A stretch of DNA of 63,922 nucleotides, filler included, from Nanobdellota archaeon (lineage in GTDB: Archaea; Nanobdellota; Nanobdellia; Woesearchaeales; CAZZGN01), in assembly GCA_051819665.1 (NCBI GenBank). It is 3 parts of 3 records of this genome, joined end to end, with 100 filler letters (N's around TTAATTAATTAA, not from the genome) between each part and the next. Parts side by side here need not be neighbours in the genome. Positions count along the whole stretch, not along the records: positions 1 to 24,475 come from JBNJDG010000013.1; 2 more parts are not named here. The stretch is one strand, 5' to 3'. Under the pieces are notes generated by a model that ran no database searches, was not told where the DNA came from, and was given only the letters and a program-made list of their open reading frames with translations. Positions 1 through 9,818 of the stretch are shown piece after piece; the stretch's first letter is position 1, and every line of letters begins with the position of its first letter. The position numbers and the translations under genes are program-made.

Positions 1-1
1 G

Positions 2-1102
2 GGAGAGAACGGAAGAATCCTCGTAATAGGAGGAAGTGAAGACTACACCGGCGCACCTTTCCTCGCCGCGATGGGAGCTTTAAGATCAGGAGCTGACCTA
101 GTGAAAGTAGTCTGCCCTGAGAAAGTAGCATGGACGATCAACTCCTTATCCCCGGATATAATAACAATCAAACTGAAAGGGAAGAACATTACTGAGCAGA
201 ACCTGGAAAGGATAAAAGAAGAGATGGAAAAGAACGACGTCATCCTCATAGGACCAGGTTTAGGAAATGATAAAGGAACGAAGGATATCATAAAAGAAAT
301 TGTCTACAACAATAAGAATAAAGTCATCGATGCGGACGCTTTGAAAGGGTTAGATCTCAAACATATCAGGGATTCCATACTCACCCCACATAAGAAGGAA
401 TATGAAAGCATTAATAATAGGGAAAGCCTGAATGATAACGTGATTATTCTCAAAGGGAAAGAGGATAAGATAATAACAAGAGACAGGACATACAGGAATA
501 ACACAGGGAACGAAGGTATGACTGTAGGAGGCACAGGAGATGTTCTTGCAGGGATGGCTGCCGGTTTCATGAGCCAGGGGAAAAGCAAACTCTCCTCTGC
601 CAGGAAAGCAGCATGGCTGAACGGAAAGATAGGCGATATGCTCTATCAGAAATACGATTTTGGTTTCTTAGCCAGTGATTTCATTAAAGGTATGAAATTT
701 ACTGCCGATACAGTCCTTATCAAAAAAATCGAAGGCAGGGACAAAGTCCTCATGATAAAGAGAAGATATCCTCCTTTCAGAGACCATTACGCTCTCCCCG
801 GAGGACATATAGAGATGCACGAGACAGCAGAGGAAGCCGCTAAAAGAGAGCTTGAAGAAGAGACAGGCATAAAAGCCCATAACCCAAAACAGGTAGGCAC
901 CTACAGTGATCCCAACAGAGACCCACGGGGGAGATACGTAACAGTCGCTTTCAGAGCGAAATCAAGAAGCTATAAGACAAAAGCCGGAAGCGATGCAAAA
1001 GAAGCTGAATGGATAAACATAAAAGAACTGGATAAACTGGATCTCGCTTTCGATCATCGGAAGATAATCAGGGATGCTATCAGACTCCCCAGACAGGGTT
1101 AG
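2..1102 (+). CDS. nnrD: ADP-dependent NAD(P)HX dehydratase (YjeF-C) fused to a C-terminal Nudix hydrolase; 5' end lies on contig 2
   Basis: Frame is open from position 2 ([23 protein letters not shown]). GPGLG, VIDADAL, LTPH and GGTGDVLAG motifs, then Nudix box GGHIEMHETAEEAAKRELEEETG and RDPR. Confidence 0.9.
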   Translation, partial: GENGRILVIGGSEDYTGAPFLAAMGALRSGADLVKVVCPEKVAWTINSLSPDIITIKLKGKNITEQNLERIKEEMEKNDVILIGPGLGNDKGTKDIIKEIVYNNKNKVIDADALKGLDLKHIRDSILTPHKKEYESINNRESLNDNVIILKGKEDKIITRDRTYRNNTGNEGMTVGGTGDVLAGMAAGFMSQGKSKLSSARKAAWLNGKIGDMLYQKYDFGFLASDFIKGMKFTADTVLIKKIEGRDKVLMIKRRYPPFRDHYALPGGHIEMHETAEEAAKRELEEETGIKAHNPKQVGTYSDPNRDPRGRYVTVAFRAKSRSYKTKAGSDAKEAEWINIKELDKLDLAFDHRKIIRDAIRLPRQG

Positions 1103-2822
1103 ACTCTCTCATTATAGCACCTATCTCTTTCAGAACCATCTTAGTATCACTGTCAAGAAATTCCTTGAACTCCTTGAATTTCTTGAATTCTTCTTCTGTT
1201 ATCATACTATAAAGAACATCATTCTCATCAATCTGTCTGCAGACAGTGACATTAGGGCAGGAGACAGCTACCTGCTTACCTTTACTGACCTCCGAAACGG
1301 ACTTGTTCTCACTCTGGATCTGCTTGACCATTCCCACCTGCTTCCCGTTCTTCATCATCTTAGTGCCTGACTTAAGTTTTCCCGCAAGAACCTCAACACC
1401 AACAACTGCAGGATTGCTCTTCCTGAACACATAACCATCAAGCACTTCTATCTTGGTTGGCCAGGTGAGATTATCAAGCTCTCTCGCTTTGATCTCCCGC
1501 CTCTTCTTCTCCTGCCATTCCTGAAGATCATCGAGAATCCTGTATATTATATCACTCGTGATAACCTTAACGTTCTCAGTGCTTTCACCCTTAACGTTAA
1601 AACCGACAACAACTCTCGAAAGTGGGTCCTCCTCGGATTCGGCATCGCTTATATCCCTCTTGGATATCTCACCAACTCTTGCTCTCCTTATACTAACCCC
1701 GTTCTCCCTGAAAAGTTTCACAAGAGCCTCCAGACTTCCGAGAGAATCCGCCTTGCATATGATTCCCTCCTTATCGGTCTCTATAAGCACCTCATCAACC
1801 TCTTTCTTAATCTCATCCTTTGCCTTATCAGTGTCTTCACCTGACTGGAGAGGCATACCAGCTACAACATCATCAATCCCCTTGGCCGAGATCTTAACAC
1901 CGGTAGCTGCAGTGACCTTCTTTATAGACTTGAAGCCCGATTTATTATCCCTCATCTCGGCAAGCTCATCAGGCAGGAACAGAGCCTTCACCTTAGTTAC
2001 TATAGGTTCACCCATAGTACCTATAACAAGGTTGTCATTAACCTGCAGGGTTCCCGTATATATAAGGGCATCAATCGTTATCCCTAGACCCCTGTCCTCT
2101 TTGACCTCAAGAACAGTACCTTTCGCAGGGCCCTCTACCTCAAAGTCCAGATTTTTCCCCAGGTATTTCTGAGCAAGACCCATCAGCAGCATGAGTATCT
2201 CAGGCACACCAAGACCAGTCTTCGCACTTACCGGGACCATCGCTATCTGTTTAGTATAATCCTCAAGCCTGTCAAACCTCTCAGCAGTTATACCGAATAG
2301 CTCATTGAGCCTTCCCACTATCCTATATAATCTCTCATCTATCTTCTTCCGGACATCATCTGATTGGTTCTGTATCTGCTTGAGCAGGGGCTCTCCTTTA
2401 TATTCCCTGAAACCCGGCATCAGGTCAACCTTATTGAGAGCTATGACAAAAGGGGTCTTATAAGACATCAGGATCCTTATCGATTCCTCTGTCTGAGGCT
2501 GAACTCCATCGTTTATATCTATTACAACTACAGAAAGATCCGCCAGGTTTCCCCCTCTCTTCCTGAGTGAAGTGAAAGCTGCATGACCGGGAGTATCTAT
2601 GAACAAAAGCCCGGGAAGATCAAGATCCCTGCCCGTGCTCTCAAGAAGACTTCCACAAAGTTTTTTTATGATTTCAAGAGGAACTATAGAAGCCCCTATG
2701 GACTGGGTTATCGAACCTGCCTCTTTAGAAACTATATTAGACTCCCTTATGTTATCCAGGAGAGTGGATTTCCCATGATCCACATGGCCCACAACCGAAC
2801 ACACAGGACTTCTCTTTGCCAT
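1080..2822 (-). CDS. infB: Translation initiation factor aIF5B (IF-2)
   Basis: GHVDHGKS, DTPGH and NKVD GTPase motifs; archaeal C-terminus (VFRKSNPAVVGV). Likely start MAKRSP at 2822. Confidence 0.95.
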   Translation of the reverse strand: MAKRSPVCSVVGHVDHGKSTLLDNIRESNIVSKEAGSITQSIGASIVPLEIIKKLCGSLLESTGRDLDLPGLLFIDTPGHAAFTSLRKRGGNLADLSVVVIDINDGVQPQTEESIRILMSYKTPFVIALNKVDLMPGFREYKGEPLLKQIQNQSDDVRKKIDERLYRIVGRLNELFGITAERFDRLEDYTKQIAMVPVSAKTGLGVPEILMLLMGLAQKYLGKNLDFEVEGPAKGTVLEVKEDRGLGITIDALIYTGTLQVNDNLVIGTMGEPIVTKVKALFLPDELAEMRDNKSGFKSIKKVTAATGVKISAKGIDDVVAGMPLQSGEDTDKAKDEIKKEVDEVLIETDKEGIICKADSLGSLEALVKLFRENGVSIRRARVGEISKRDISDAESEEDPLSRVVVGFNVKGESTENVKVITSDIIYRILDDLQEWQEKKRREIKARELDNLTWPTKIEVLDGYVFRKSNPAVVGVEVLAGKLKSGTKMMKNGKQVGMVKQIQSENKSVSEVSKGKQVAVSCPNVTVCRQIDENDVLYSMITEEEFKKFKEFKEFLDSDTKMVLKEIGAIMRESNPVWGV

Positions 2823-2866
2823 GATGTGAGGGATTGATGTTATGTTTTTAAAGGTTTTGGCAATTA

Positions 2867-3772
2867 TCAGGACATCAACATAAGCACCACAAAGTAAAGC
2901 AATGCAAGGGAAACGCCCTGCCACCTGCTCAGCCTGCCCTTATGGTAGAACATGCCTAGAGCAACCACAAAGACAGCAGTCATGTAGAGGAAAGATTGAG
3001 TAGCAAGAGGAGAGATCACGGTAGCTTTACTGAAGACCGCACCTATCCCGAGAGAAAATGTAGGATCAGTTATATTACTCCCCAGAAGATTACCCACACC
3101 CAGACCATAATCCTTCCTGTAAGCCGCCATCCCGCTTATTATAAGCTCAGGAAGGCTTGTCCCAAGACCGACAATGATAACAGATACCACATATTCGCTT
3201 ATCCCTATCATGTTTGCAATGGAGACTGTAGAGCTCACCATATATTTGCTTCCCACTATGGTAAGAGCTATTCCGGCGATTATAAGAAGGACATTCCTTG
3301 TCACAGTACCTTTCTGTTCAACCTTCTCCTCAGCCTTCTCTTTTATCATCGAGAGATATAGGAAGAATATATAAGATACACAGAGGATGACACCCTCATA
3401 CCAATGTATGACACCATCATAAAGGGAGATATAAGCCAGGAGAACAGCACCGACCATTGCGATACCATACCTGAGGATAGTGCTCCTTTTGCTTAAAAGT
3501 GGCCTTATCATAGCAACAATACCAAGGACAAGGGTGATCTGGATAAGCTCGCTTCCGACTATATTCCCCAAACCTACAGACGCCTGATTTGTTGTAAAAG
3601 AAGTTATTGAAGTGGCGATCTCCGGCAGGCTCGTGCCAATGGACAATACACTCAAACCTATGACAGTCTTACTGACACCCATCCTCAGGGCAAGAGCAGA
3701 GGAATTAGTTACCAATAGATGCGCTCCATAGAGCAGGGCAGCCAAAGAGACAAAGAATATGATGACGTCCAT
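2867..3772 (-). CDS. Ca2+/Na+ antiporter (CaCA, YrbG-like)
   Basis: Two alpha repeats: GTSLPE...GNIVGS and GTSLPE...GNLLGSN; hydrophobic. Confidence 0.9.
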   Translation of the reverse strand: MDVIIFFVSLAALLYGAHLLVTNSSALALRMGVSKTVIGLSVLSIGTSLPEIATSITSFTTNQASVGLGNIVGSELIQITLVLGIVAMIRPLLSKRSTILRYGIAMVGAVLLAYISLYDGVIHWYEGVILCVSYIFFLYLSMIKEKAEEKVEQKGTVTRNVLLIIAGIALTIVGSKYMVSSTVSIANMIGISEYVVSVIIVGLGTSLPELIISGMAAYRKDYGLGVGNLLGSNITDPTFSLGIGAVFSKATVISPLATQSFLYMTAVFVVALGMFYHKGRLSRWQGVSLALLYFVVLMLMS

Positions 3773-3824
3773 GGATTGAAAATCAATCGAGGGATATATA
3801 ACGCTTTCGGTAGGATATCAAATG

Positions 3825-5060
3825 CTAGACCCTGTGGTGGTGCTTGACCAGATACTTGAACATGACGGGACTGATTATGGTCGTGATAAATGACGTAAGT
3901 ATAAGTATTGAAAACAGGTTTACGCTTATAATACCTACTGACAGAGCAAGTGAAGCAACCATTATGTCAACACCGCTCCTCGTATTCATCCCCCAGCCGA
4001 TGATCATCCCTTCCCAATGCTTGCCCTTCGCCATCCTGTTGCCGATCGTAGAACCAACAACCTTGCCCAGGGTAGCCATTACAACAAAGAGGATAGCATA
4101 AAGGGGATATTCGAAAAGAGCCGGAAGATTTACATTAATGCCGATCCACATGAAGAAGAAGGGCGCAAAGAAGCCAAATGTAGTTACCTCTATTATGCTG
4201 GTGATATAATTTTCCTCCTTCCTCTCATACTCGTCTCCTGAAAGGAGAGCATGCCTGATGATTATCCCTCCGAACAACGCACCCAGTATCGAACCACCAA
4301 GTTCAAAGAACTTTGTTGTAAGTGCAAGGAAAAGAGCAATCATTATCGACACTGAAAAGAAACTGACTGTGGACTTCTCCTTCTCTACAGCTTTCATTAT
4401 CTTAGGAACGAAATAATAACCAACAATGAAAATAATGGCAGTGAACATGATCATCTCGAAAATCTTGTTGGCTATAGCCAGCCCTACAGAAGAAGACCCC
4501 TGACCTGGGAGCAACGCCACAAGAGCACTTATAAGAAAGATCCCTATGATATCATCAATTATCCCTGATTCTATGACTGTCTCGCCGACAATCGTCCTCA
4601 TTAACCCCAGTTCTTCAAGTATCTCAATTATCACACCCTCCGCAGTTATAGAAAAGCAGATACCCACAACGAAAGCTACAAGATATATATTGGCCACATC
4701 TCCCATAAAACCAAGAAGTCCAAAACTATTCAAGATTATGATTGAGAAGAAACCTAGAGCCAGAGGGATTAAAGCAGCGAATAAACTAACGAACAAGGAT
4801 CTTGTCGAAGTCTTCCTGAAGTCCCTGAGATCTATCTTAAGGCCTACAAAGAAAAGTAAGAAAATAATTGCTAATTCCTTGATGAATGTCAGTAACTCAA
4901 GATTGTTATCCGAATGGAGCATGTTTATGAGAGGTTCCTGACCCAATATAAGGCCGAGAAGCAAAGGACCGAGTACCTGGGGCATATTAAGTTTCTTGAA
5001 CAATTCACCTAATAGGAAGGAAGAAAGCAAGGCCCCGAAAATGAACAATATCAGTTCCAT
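3825..5060 (-). CDS. Cation:proton antiporter (CPA2/Kef family)
   Basis: About 12 TM segments, IIDDIIG motif, FFAPFFF and GWGMNTR (GxGMxxRG-like). Confidence 0.85.
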   Translation of the reverse strand: MELILFIFGALLSSFLLGELFKKLNMPQVLGPLLLGLILGQEPLINMLHSDNNLELLTFIKELAIIFLLFFVGLKIDLRDFRKTSTRSLFVSLFAALIPLALGFFSIIILNSFGLLGFMGDVANIYLVAFVVGICFSITAEGVIIEILEELGLMRTIVGETVIESGIIDDIIGIFLISALVALLPGQGSSSVGLAIANKIFEMIMFTAIIFIVGYYFVPKIMKAVEKEKSTVSFFSVSIMIALFLALTTKFFELGGSILGALFGGIIIRHALLSGDEYERKEENYITSIIEVTTFGFFAPFFFMWIGINVNLPALFEYPLYAILFVVMATLGKVVGSTIGNRMAKGKHWEGMIIGWGMNTRSGVDIMVASLALSVGIISVNLFSILILTSFITTIISPVMFKYLVKHHHRV

Positions 5061-5061
5061 A

Positions 5062-7038
5062 TCACACCACTGGTATGTCCTCCTTTGATTTTATTCCGTA
5101 AACATATATGTAATTCCAGAAAATCCCTTTCTCTCTTATTACCCTGACTGAGAAACCACATTCCCTGAAGATCTTCTCTATCCTTGCATTATTAGAGAGC
5201 CATTCAACATTGGGTATGACTCCGAAAAAATCACCAAATTCCACTAAACATATCTCTCCACCTTCCGGCAGGATATTATATATATCATTCAGAACTTTCT
5301 TTATATCCTGCACATAGCCCAGCATACCCATGGAGATTACCACATCAGCATAAGGTATCGATGGATGGATCCTCGTCATCTGCTGCTCATCATGAAGTAT
5401 GTAAAGATGAGGATGTTTGTCCTTGATCTCCTTCTCCTGCTTCCTCACCCTCCTGTGAGTTATCTTAAGGTGTTTCATCGATATATCCGTTGCATAAACC
5501 TCCCCGTGAGGGCCCACCAGGCGGGCAAGCATCAGGGTTATTGTACCCACACTGCATCCATACTCCAAAACTTTCTTACCCCTTACCCCCTTCAATATCT
5601 CGAATATCCTTTTCCTTACATTCTTAGGCACTGTTATGCTCTCAGTGAAAAGAGCAAGATGAGCTATAGAATCATTCACTTTGATAATGGCCTTAGGATC
5701 ATAATACATCTCAATAAGGAAATACAATGGTATGCCGAAACCTATCAGCGAGAGACCGAACCTCATTGTCTGGACAGCACCTTCCGTATTGATTATCCAC
5801 ATTATTATAAGGAAAGCAAGGAAAGCCACTACAGAGAAAGAACCATGTTTGACAAAAGGAGCCTTATAATATCTCGGATGATCAGGTTTCTTTCTCCTCA
5901 GAACATATACTGCTAATATGACAAAGCTGTAAGTTATAAGTACAAGAGGCACAAGCAAGTGCAGAAGAAACTCATAGGAATCAAAACCTATACTGACAAG
6001 GATAAGAGTGAATACTGTCTGGAACATGATTGCTTTATAAGGTGTCTTATTCTTTGGATGTATCTCCTTGAACTGACCCAGAAGAAGCTTGTCATCAGCC
6101 ATTGCAAGGAGCAGTCTCGGCGCGGATACTATCCAGCCAGCTACACTTCCGATTATAGAAACATACACTAGGAGAGTGAATATCATCTCTCCCAAAGAAC
6201 CGAAGAAAGTCTCTCCTAAAAGCGAGAGAGGCCTGTCACTTGCTCCAAATATATCCCATGGCAGATTGCCGAGAGATATTATCACCAAAAGAACCACAAT
6301 CACCCCTATCAATTTTGTACCAGTGACAAGAGCTTTAGGCACAACCCTCTTACCATCCTTTGTCTCTGCAGCTAGGAAAGTGGCTGTCTCCCAACCGAAG
6401 AAAGTTTCAGCTATGAAGAATATGCTTACAACAACAGGGATCAGACCGAAAGGAAGAAAATCCGAAACTCCTGCGGAAGAGACTGCCACGGTACTCAGAT
6501 CAAAATTCCATATCCCTGTAACTATGAGGCTTGCAAGAGTGGAAAGGGTTATAATACCGAACACAACCATCATTGTGGCGCTTGTCTTTATACCCTTAAA
6601 AGCTATATAGTTGAACATAATTATGAAAAAGATGCACATGGCAAGCTTCACTAACTTGCTCGAGATGGTCATTCCCAGCATCGTAGCTGTACCGGTGAAG
6701 GGGAGGAGATACTGTATGGCTCCCACGATGAGCATCGCTATGGTTATGTTACCTGCCAATATGGTCATCCAGCCTATTATGAAACTCGTGAACCTTCCGT
6801 AAGCCTGCTTACAGAATTCATAAGTACCTCCTGACGTAGGGAACATGCTGGTGAGCTCAGCAAAAAGCATGCTTATGTATATAGAGATAGCCGTAAGTAT
6901 CAACCAGGAGATTATCGAAGCCGGCCCTGCTTCCCTTATACCGACTGCAGGGAGGAAGAAAACTCCTGTACCAATTATATTGGTCATGGTGATTATCAGG
7001 ATTACAGGGTAACTAAGGTTCTTGTTCAGTTCTGCCAT
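5062..7038 (-). CDS. APC-family amino acid permease fused to a class I SAM methyltransferase domain (copy A)
   Basis: IIGTGVF, AEL..MFP.SGG.Y, FGWE..AAETK and HPKNKTP permease motifs. C-terminal VLEYGCSVG...LARLVGPHGEVYATDIS. Confidence 0.85.
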   Translation of the reverse strand: MAELNKNLSYPVILIITMTNIIGTGVFFLPAVGIREAGPASIISWLILTAISIYISMLFAELTSMFPTSGGTYEFCKQAYGRFTSFIIGWMTILAGNITIAMLIVGAIQYLLPFTGTATMLGMTISSKLVKLAMCIFFIIMFNYIAFKGIKTSATMMVVFGIITLSTLASLIVTGIWNFDLSTVAVSSAGVSDFLPFGLIPVVVSIFFIAETFFGWETATFLAAETKDGKRVVPKALVTGTKLIGVIVVLLVIISLGNLPWDIFGASDRPLSLLGETFFGSLGEMIFTLLVYVSIIGSVAGWIVSAPRLLLAMADDKLLLGQFKEIHPKNKTPYKAIMFQTVFTLILVSIGFDSYEFLLHLLVPLVLITYSFVILAVYVLRRKKPDHPRYYKAPFVKHGSFSVVAFLAFLIIMWIINTEGAVQTMRFGLSLIGFGIPLYFLIEMYYDPKAIIKVNDSIAHLALFTESITVPKNVRKRIFEILKGVRGKKVLEYGCSVGTITLMLARLVGPHGEVYATDISMKHLKITHRRVRKQEKEIKDKHPHLYILHDEQQMTRIHPSIPYADVVISMGMLGYVQDIKKVLNDIYNILPEGGEICLVEFGDFFGVIPNVEWLSNNARIEKIFRECGFSVRVIREKGIFWNYIYVYGIKSKEDIPVV

Positions 7039-7705
7039 TCTATATGAAAGGTACGTCCTCCTTCGATTTTATCCCATATACATAAATATAATTCCAGAAA
7101 GTCCCTTCTTCCCTTATCACTCTCACTGAAAATCCGGACTCCCTGAAGATCTTCTCTATCCTTGCATTATTCGATAACCATTCAACATTGGGTATCACCT
7201 TGAAAAAATCACCAAATTCCACGAAACACAACTCTCCACCGTCAGGAAGAATATTATAGATATCATCAAGTACATTCTTTATATCCTGTACATAACCGAG
7301 CATCCCCATAGAGATGACAGCATCAGCGTAAGGTATTGAAGGATGGATCCTCGTCATCTGATTCTCATCATGAAGTATGTATAGTTGAGGATGTTTATAA
7401 TCTTTAAGCTTCTTCTTCTGTTTCTTCACCCTATTATGGGTTATCTTAAGGTGCTTCATAGATATATCCGTTGCATATACCTCGCCCCTGGGTCCCACTA
7501 AACGTGCTAACATAAGGGTTATGGTACCTATATTACAACCATACTCCAAAACTTTCTTACCCCTTACATCACTCAATATGTCAAATATCCTTTTCCTTAC
7601 ATTCTTAGGCACTGTTATGCTTTCTGTAAACAGGGCAAGATGCGCGAAAGAGTCATTCACCTTGATTATGGCCGTAGGATCATAATAAAGCTCTATAAGG
7701 AAATA
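5062..7705 (-). repeat. Duplicated ~660-nt methyltransferase module (5062-5724 vs 7040-7705)
   Basis: Long identical DNA stretches; about 30 differences in about 221 aa by hand count. Confidence 0.9.
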
Positions 7706-9043
7706 TACAGGCACACCAAGAACAACAAGCGAGCCGGCCATCGAGAAAATATTGACCGTTCCTGTAACTATTGCATAAGACACACCCATAACTATAAAGA
7801 TCATCACAAGCATAATAGGCCCAATCTCACCAAAAGGAAGCTTGAACTCACGCCTGAAGTTCTTATATTTCTTCCTGAATACAGGAATGGTGAGCATAGT
7901 TACGGAGAGAGTAAGAAGAGCGAGGATTATGAAGACCTCATGTACCAGTTTGTAGGGATCATGATGATTATTCATATAAAGTAAGAACATGAAAACAGTG
8001 AATATGCTTATAACAACACCCTGGAATATAATTCCCTTATACGGTGTCTTGAAACGGGGATGAAGCTCTGAAAGATGCCTGAGGATGAGCTTATCCTTTC
8101 CCAGACTCTTGAGAAGATTAGGACCCACAAGCGCCCATACTATTGCCGGAGAGAGTATCATCAGGGCAGTCCCTACGAAAATGAAAGTAGAGACAGTCCC
8201 GCTCCATAACATATGGATGATTTCCTTATGGGGTAGAAGGGAAGAAGCATATTCTCCGATAGGCAATATACCCAGCGAACCGAAGACATATAATATAGTG
8301 AAGAAAGCGGCTACGCTTATCGCTGAAAGCAGCGCCTTAGGTATGGTCTTTCTGCTCTTGGCCTGCTCAGAGAGGAAAGTTATTATCTCCATGCCCATTA
8401 TGCCCTCTGCAATTATGAAAGCCGTGGCAAAAAGCAACACCGGATTCACAGCCTGGGAGGTGAAGGAGTCGATTATGGGCTGAAGGGTAAACTTCGTTAT
8501 CGGCCCCCCCTGACCGAATACAGAAGAGAGATTGACAAAAAGAGGAAGGATCTGTATGAAAAGCACGACAAGGGTTATTACAGAAAAGAAAGCCAAAAGC
8601 ATCCTCTTCAATGTCATGCCCATATAAACAGCAAGATTGAGCAGGAATATGATAACAAGCGCAATCCCCAGTTCCCAAACATATGACATAAAGGTTGCCT
8701 TTGGATAAAAGTATTCAAGCGCCCAGACCACACCCAGGCTGGCAGTCAGGTTACCTCCGAGCCATGAGACCCAGCCGACAAGGAAAGCGGTAAAATGACC
8801 GAAGGCCTCTTTAGCATAGACATAAAGGTCACCCGCATCGGGAAAAAGAGTAACAAGCTCAGCCAGACCCATAGCCACATATATTCCTATCGCAAAGATG
8901 AAGACCCATGCCACAAGTGATCTTCCTCCCATCTCCTGCACCGCCACACCGGGAAGATAAGTCAACGAACTAGCAAATATAGCGTTCAAGGTTATCAAGA
9001 AGATAGGCATGAATCCTACATCTCTTTTCACTTCCCCGGTCAT
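7040..9043 (-). CDS. APC-family permease fused to a class I SAM methyltransferase domain (copy B, divergent permease)
   Basis: AELVTLFPDAG.LY, GME..FLSEQ and LHPRFKTPY; C-terminal about 220 aa nearly identical to copy A. Confidence 0.82.
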   Translation of the reverse strand: MTGEVKRDVGFMPIFLITLNAIFASSLTYLPGVAVQEMGGRSLVAWVFIFAIGIYVAMGLAELVTLFPDAGDLYVYAKEAFGHFTAFLVGWVSWLGGNLTASLGVVWALEYFYPKATFMSYVWELGIALVIIFLLNLAVYMGMTLKRMLLAFFSVITLVVLFIQILPLFVNLSSVFGQGGPITKFTLQPIIDSFTSQAVNPVLLFATAFIIAEGIMGMEIITFLSEQAKSRKTIPKALLSAISVAAFFTILYVFGSLGILPIGEYASSLLPHKEIIHMLWSGTVSTFIFVGTALMILSPAIVWALVGPNLLKSLGKDKLILRHLSELHPRFKTPYKGIIFQGVVISIFTVFMFLLYMNNHHDPYKLVHEVFIILALLTLSVTMLTIPVFRKKYKNFRREFKLPFGEIGPIMLVMIFIVMGVSYAIVTGTVNIFSMAGSLVVLGVPVYFLIELYYDPTAIIKVNDSFAHLALFTESITVPKNVRKRIFDILSDVRGKKVLEYGCNIGTITLMLARLVGPRGEVYATDISMKHLKITHNRVKKQKKKLKDYKHPQLYILHDENQMTRIHPSIPYADAVISMGMLGYVQDIKNVLDDIYNILPDGGELCFVEFGDFFKVIPNVEWLSNNARIEKIFRESGFSVRVIREEGTFWNYIYVYGIKSKEDVPFI

Positions 9044-9161
9044 GGAATAAATTCAATACAAGTGATTTATAAAAGAAATTATTAACGGAAGAATGACGAC
9101 ATTGTTCCGGACGGAGATCAATAACCGAATATTTTTAAATCTAAAAGAACTGCCTGTCAAT

Positions 9162-9818
9162 ATGAAAGCACTTTTCCTTAACGCTAAATACAGTAAGAGG
9201 ATAAACATTCCGGAGGAGGTCATAGATAAACTACCTGATAATCTCGCTGTTTTCACCTCGGTCCAGTTCATAGACCAACTTGATGATATAAAAAGAAAAC
9301 TCAATGCAAAAACATCAAAGACAAAGCATACTGCATACGAGGGGCAGGTCCTTGGCTGCAATACAGAGAAGGTCGATATTGATGCGGATGCTCTGCTGTA
9401 CATCGGAGATGGGAAATTCCATCCGGAAGCACTGGCATACGGGAATGATAAGCCCATTTACACCTATAACCCTTTCACAAAGAGACTTGATAAATTAGAT
9501 ACAGAGAGAATCAAGAAAATAAAGAAACTCGAGAAAGGGGCCCTGACAAGATTCCATAGCTCAGATAACATAGGAGTCATCATAAGCGTAAAACCCGGCC
9601 AATATGCCATGAGAATGGCGCTGGAACTGAAGGAAAAATACCCGGAGAAGAACTTCTACTTTTTCATGGGAAACACGATAGAGCTTTCTGAGTTCGAGAA
9701 TTATCCCTTCATTGAAGTCTTCGTGAACACTACATGCCCAAGACTGGCCCTTGATGACAGAGAGAGGATAAAAAAACCGATAGTGAATATCAATAAGATC
9801 ATTTCTTCTTATTCTTGA
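9162..9818 (+). CDS. dph2: Diphthamide synthesis protein Dph2, short form
   Basis: GQVLGC, YIGDGKFH, S.KPGQ and CPRLALDD motifs. Start MKALF follows TTTAAA about 25 nt upstream. Confidence 0.85.
   Translation: MKALFLNAKYSKRINIPEEVIDKLPDNLAVFTSVQFIDQLDDIKRKLNAKTSKTKHTAYEGQVLGCNTEKVDIDADALLYIGDGKFHPEALAYGNDKPIYTYNPFTKRLDKLDTERIKKIKKLEKGALTRFHSSDNIGVIISVKPGQYAMRMALELKEKYPEKNFYFFMGNTIELSEFENYPFIEVFVNTTCPRLALDDRERIKKPIVNINKIISSYS

Noticed and set aside
1558..2172. Long antisense or alternative-frame ORFs (also 14848-15480, 38879-39547, 23412-23948, 49321-49863)
   Set aside because: S/F/L-rich shadows of well-supported genes on the opposite strand.
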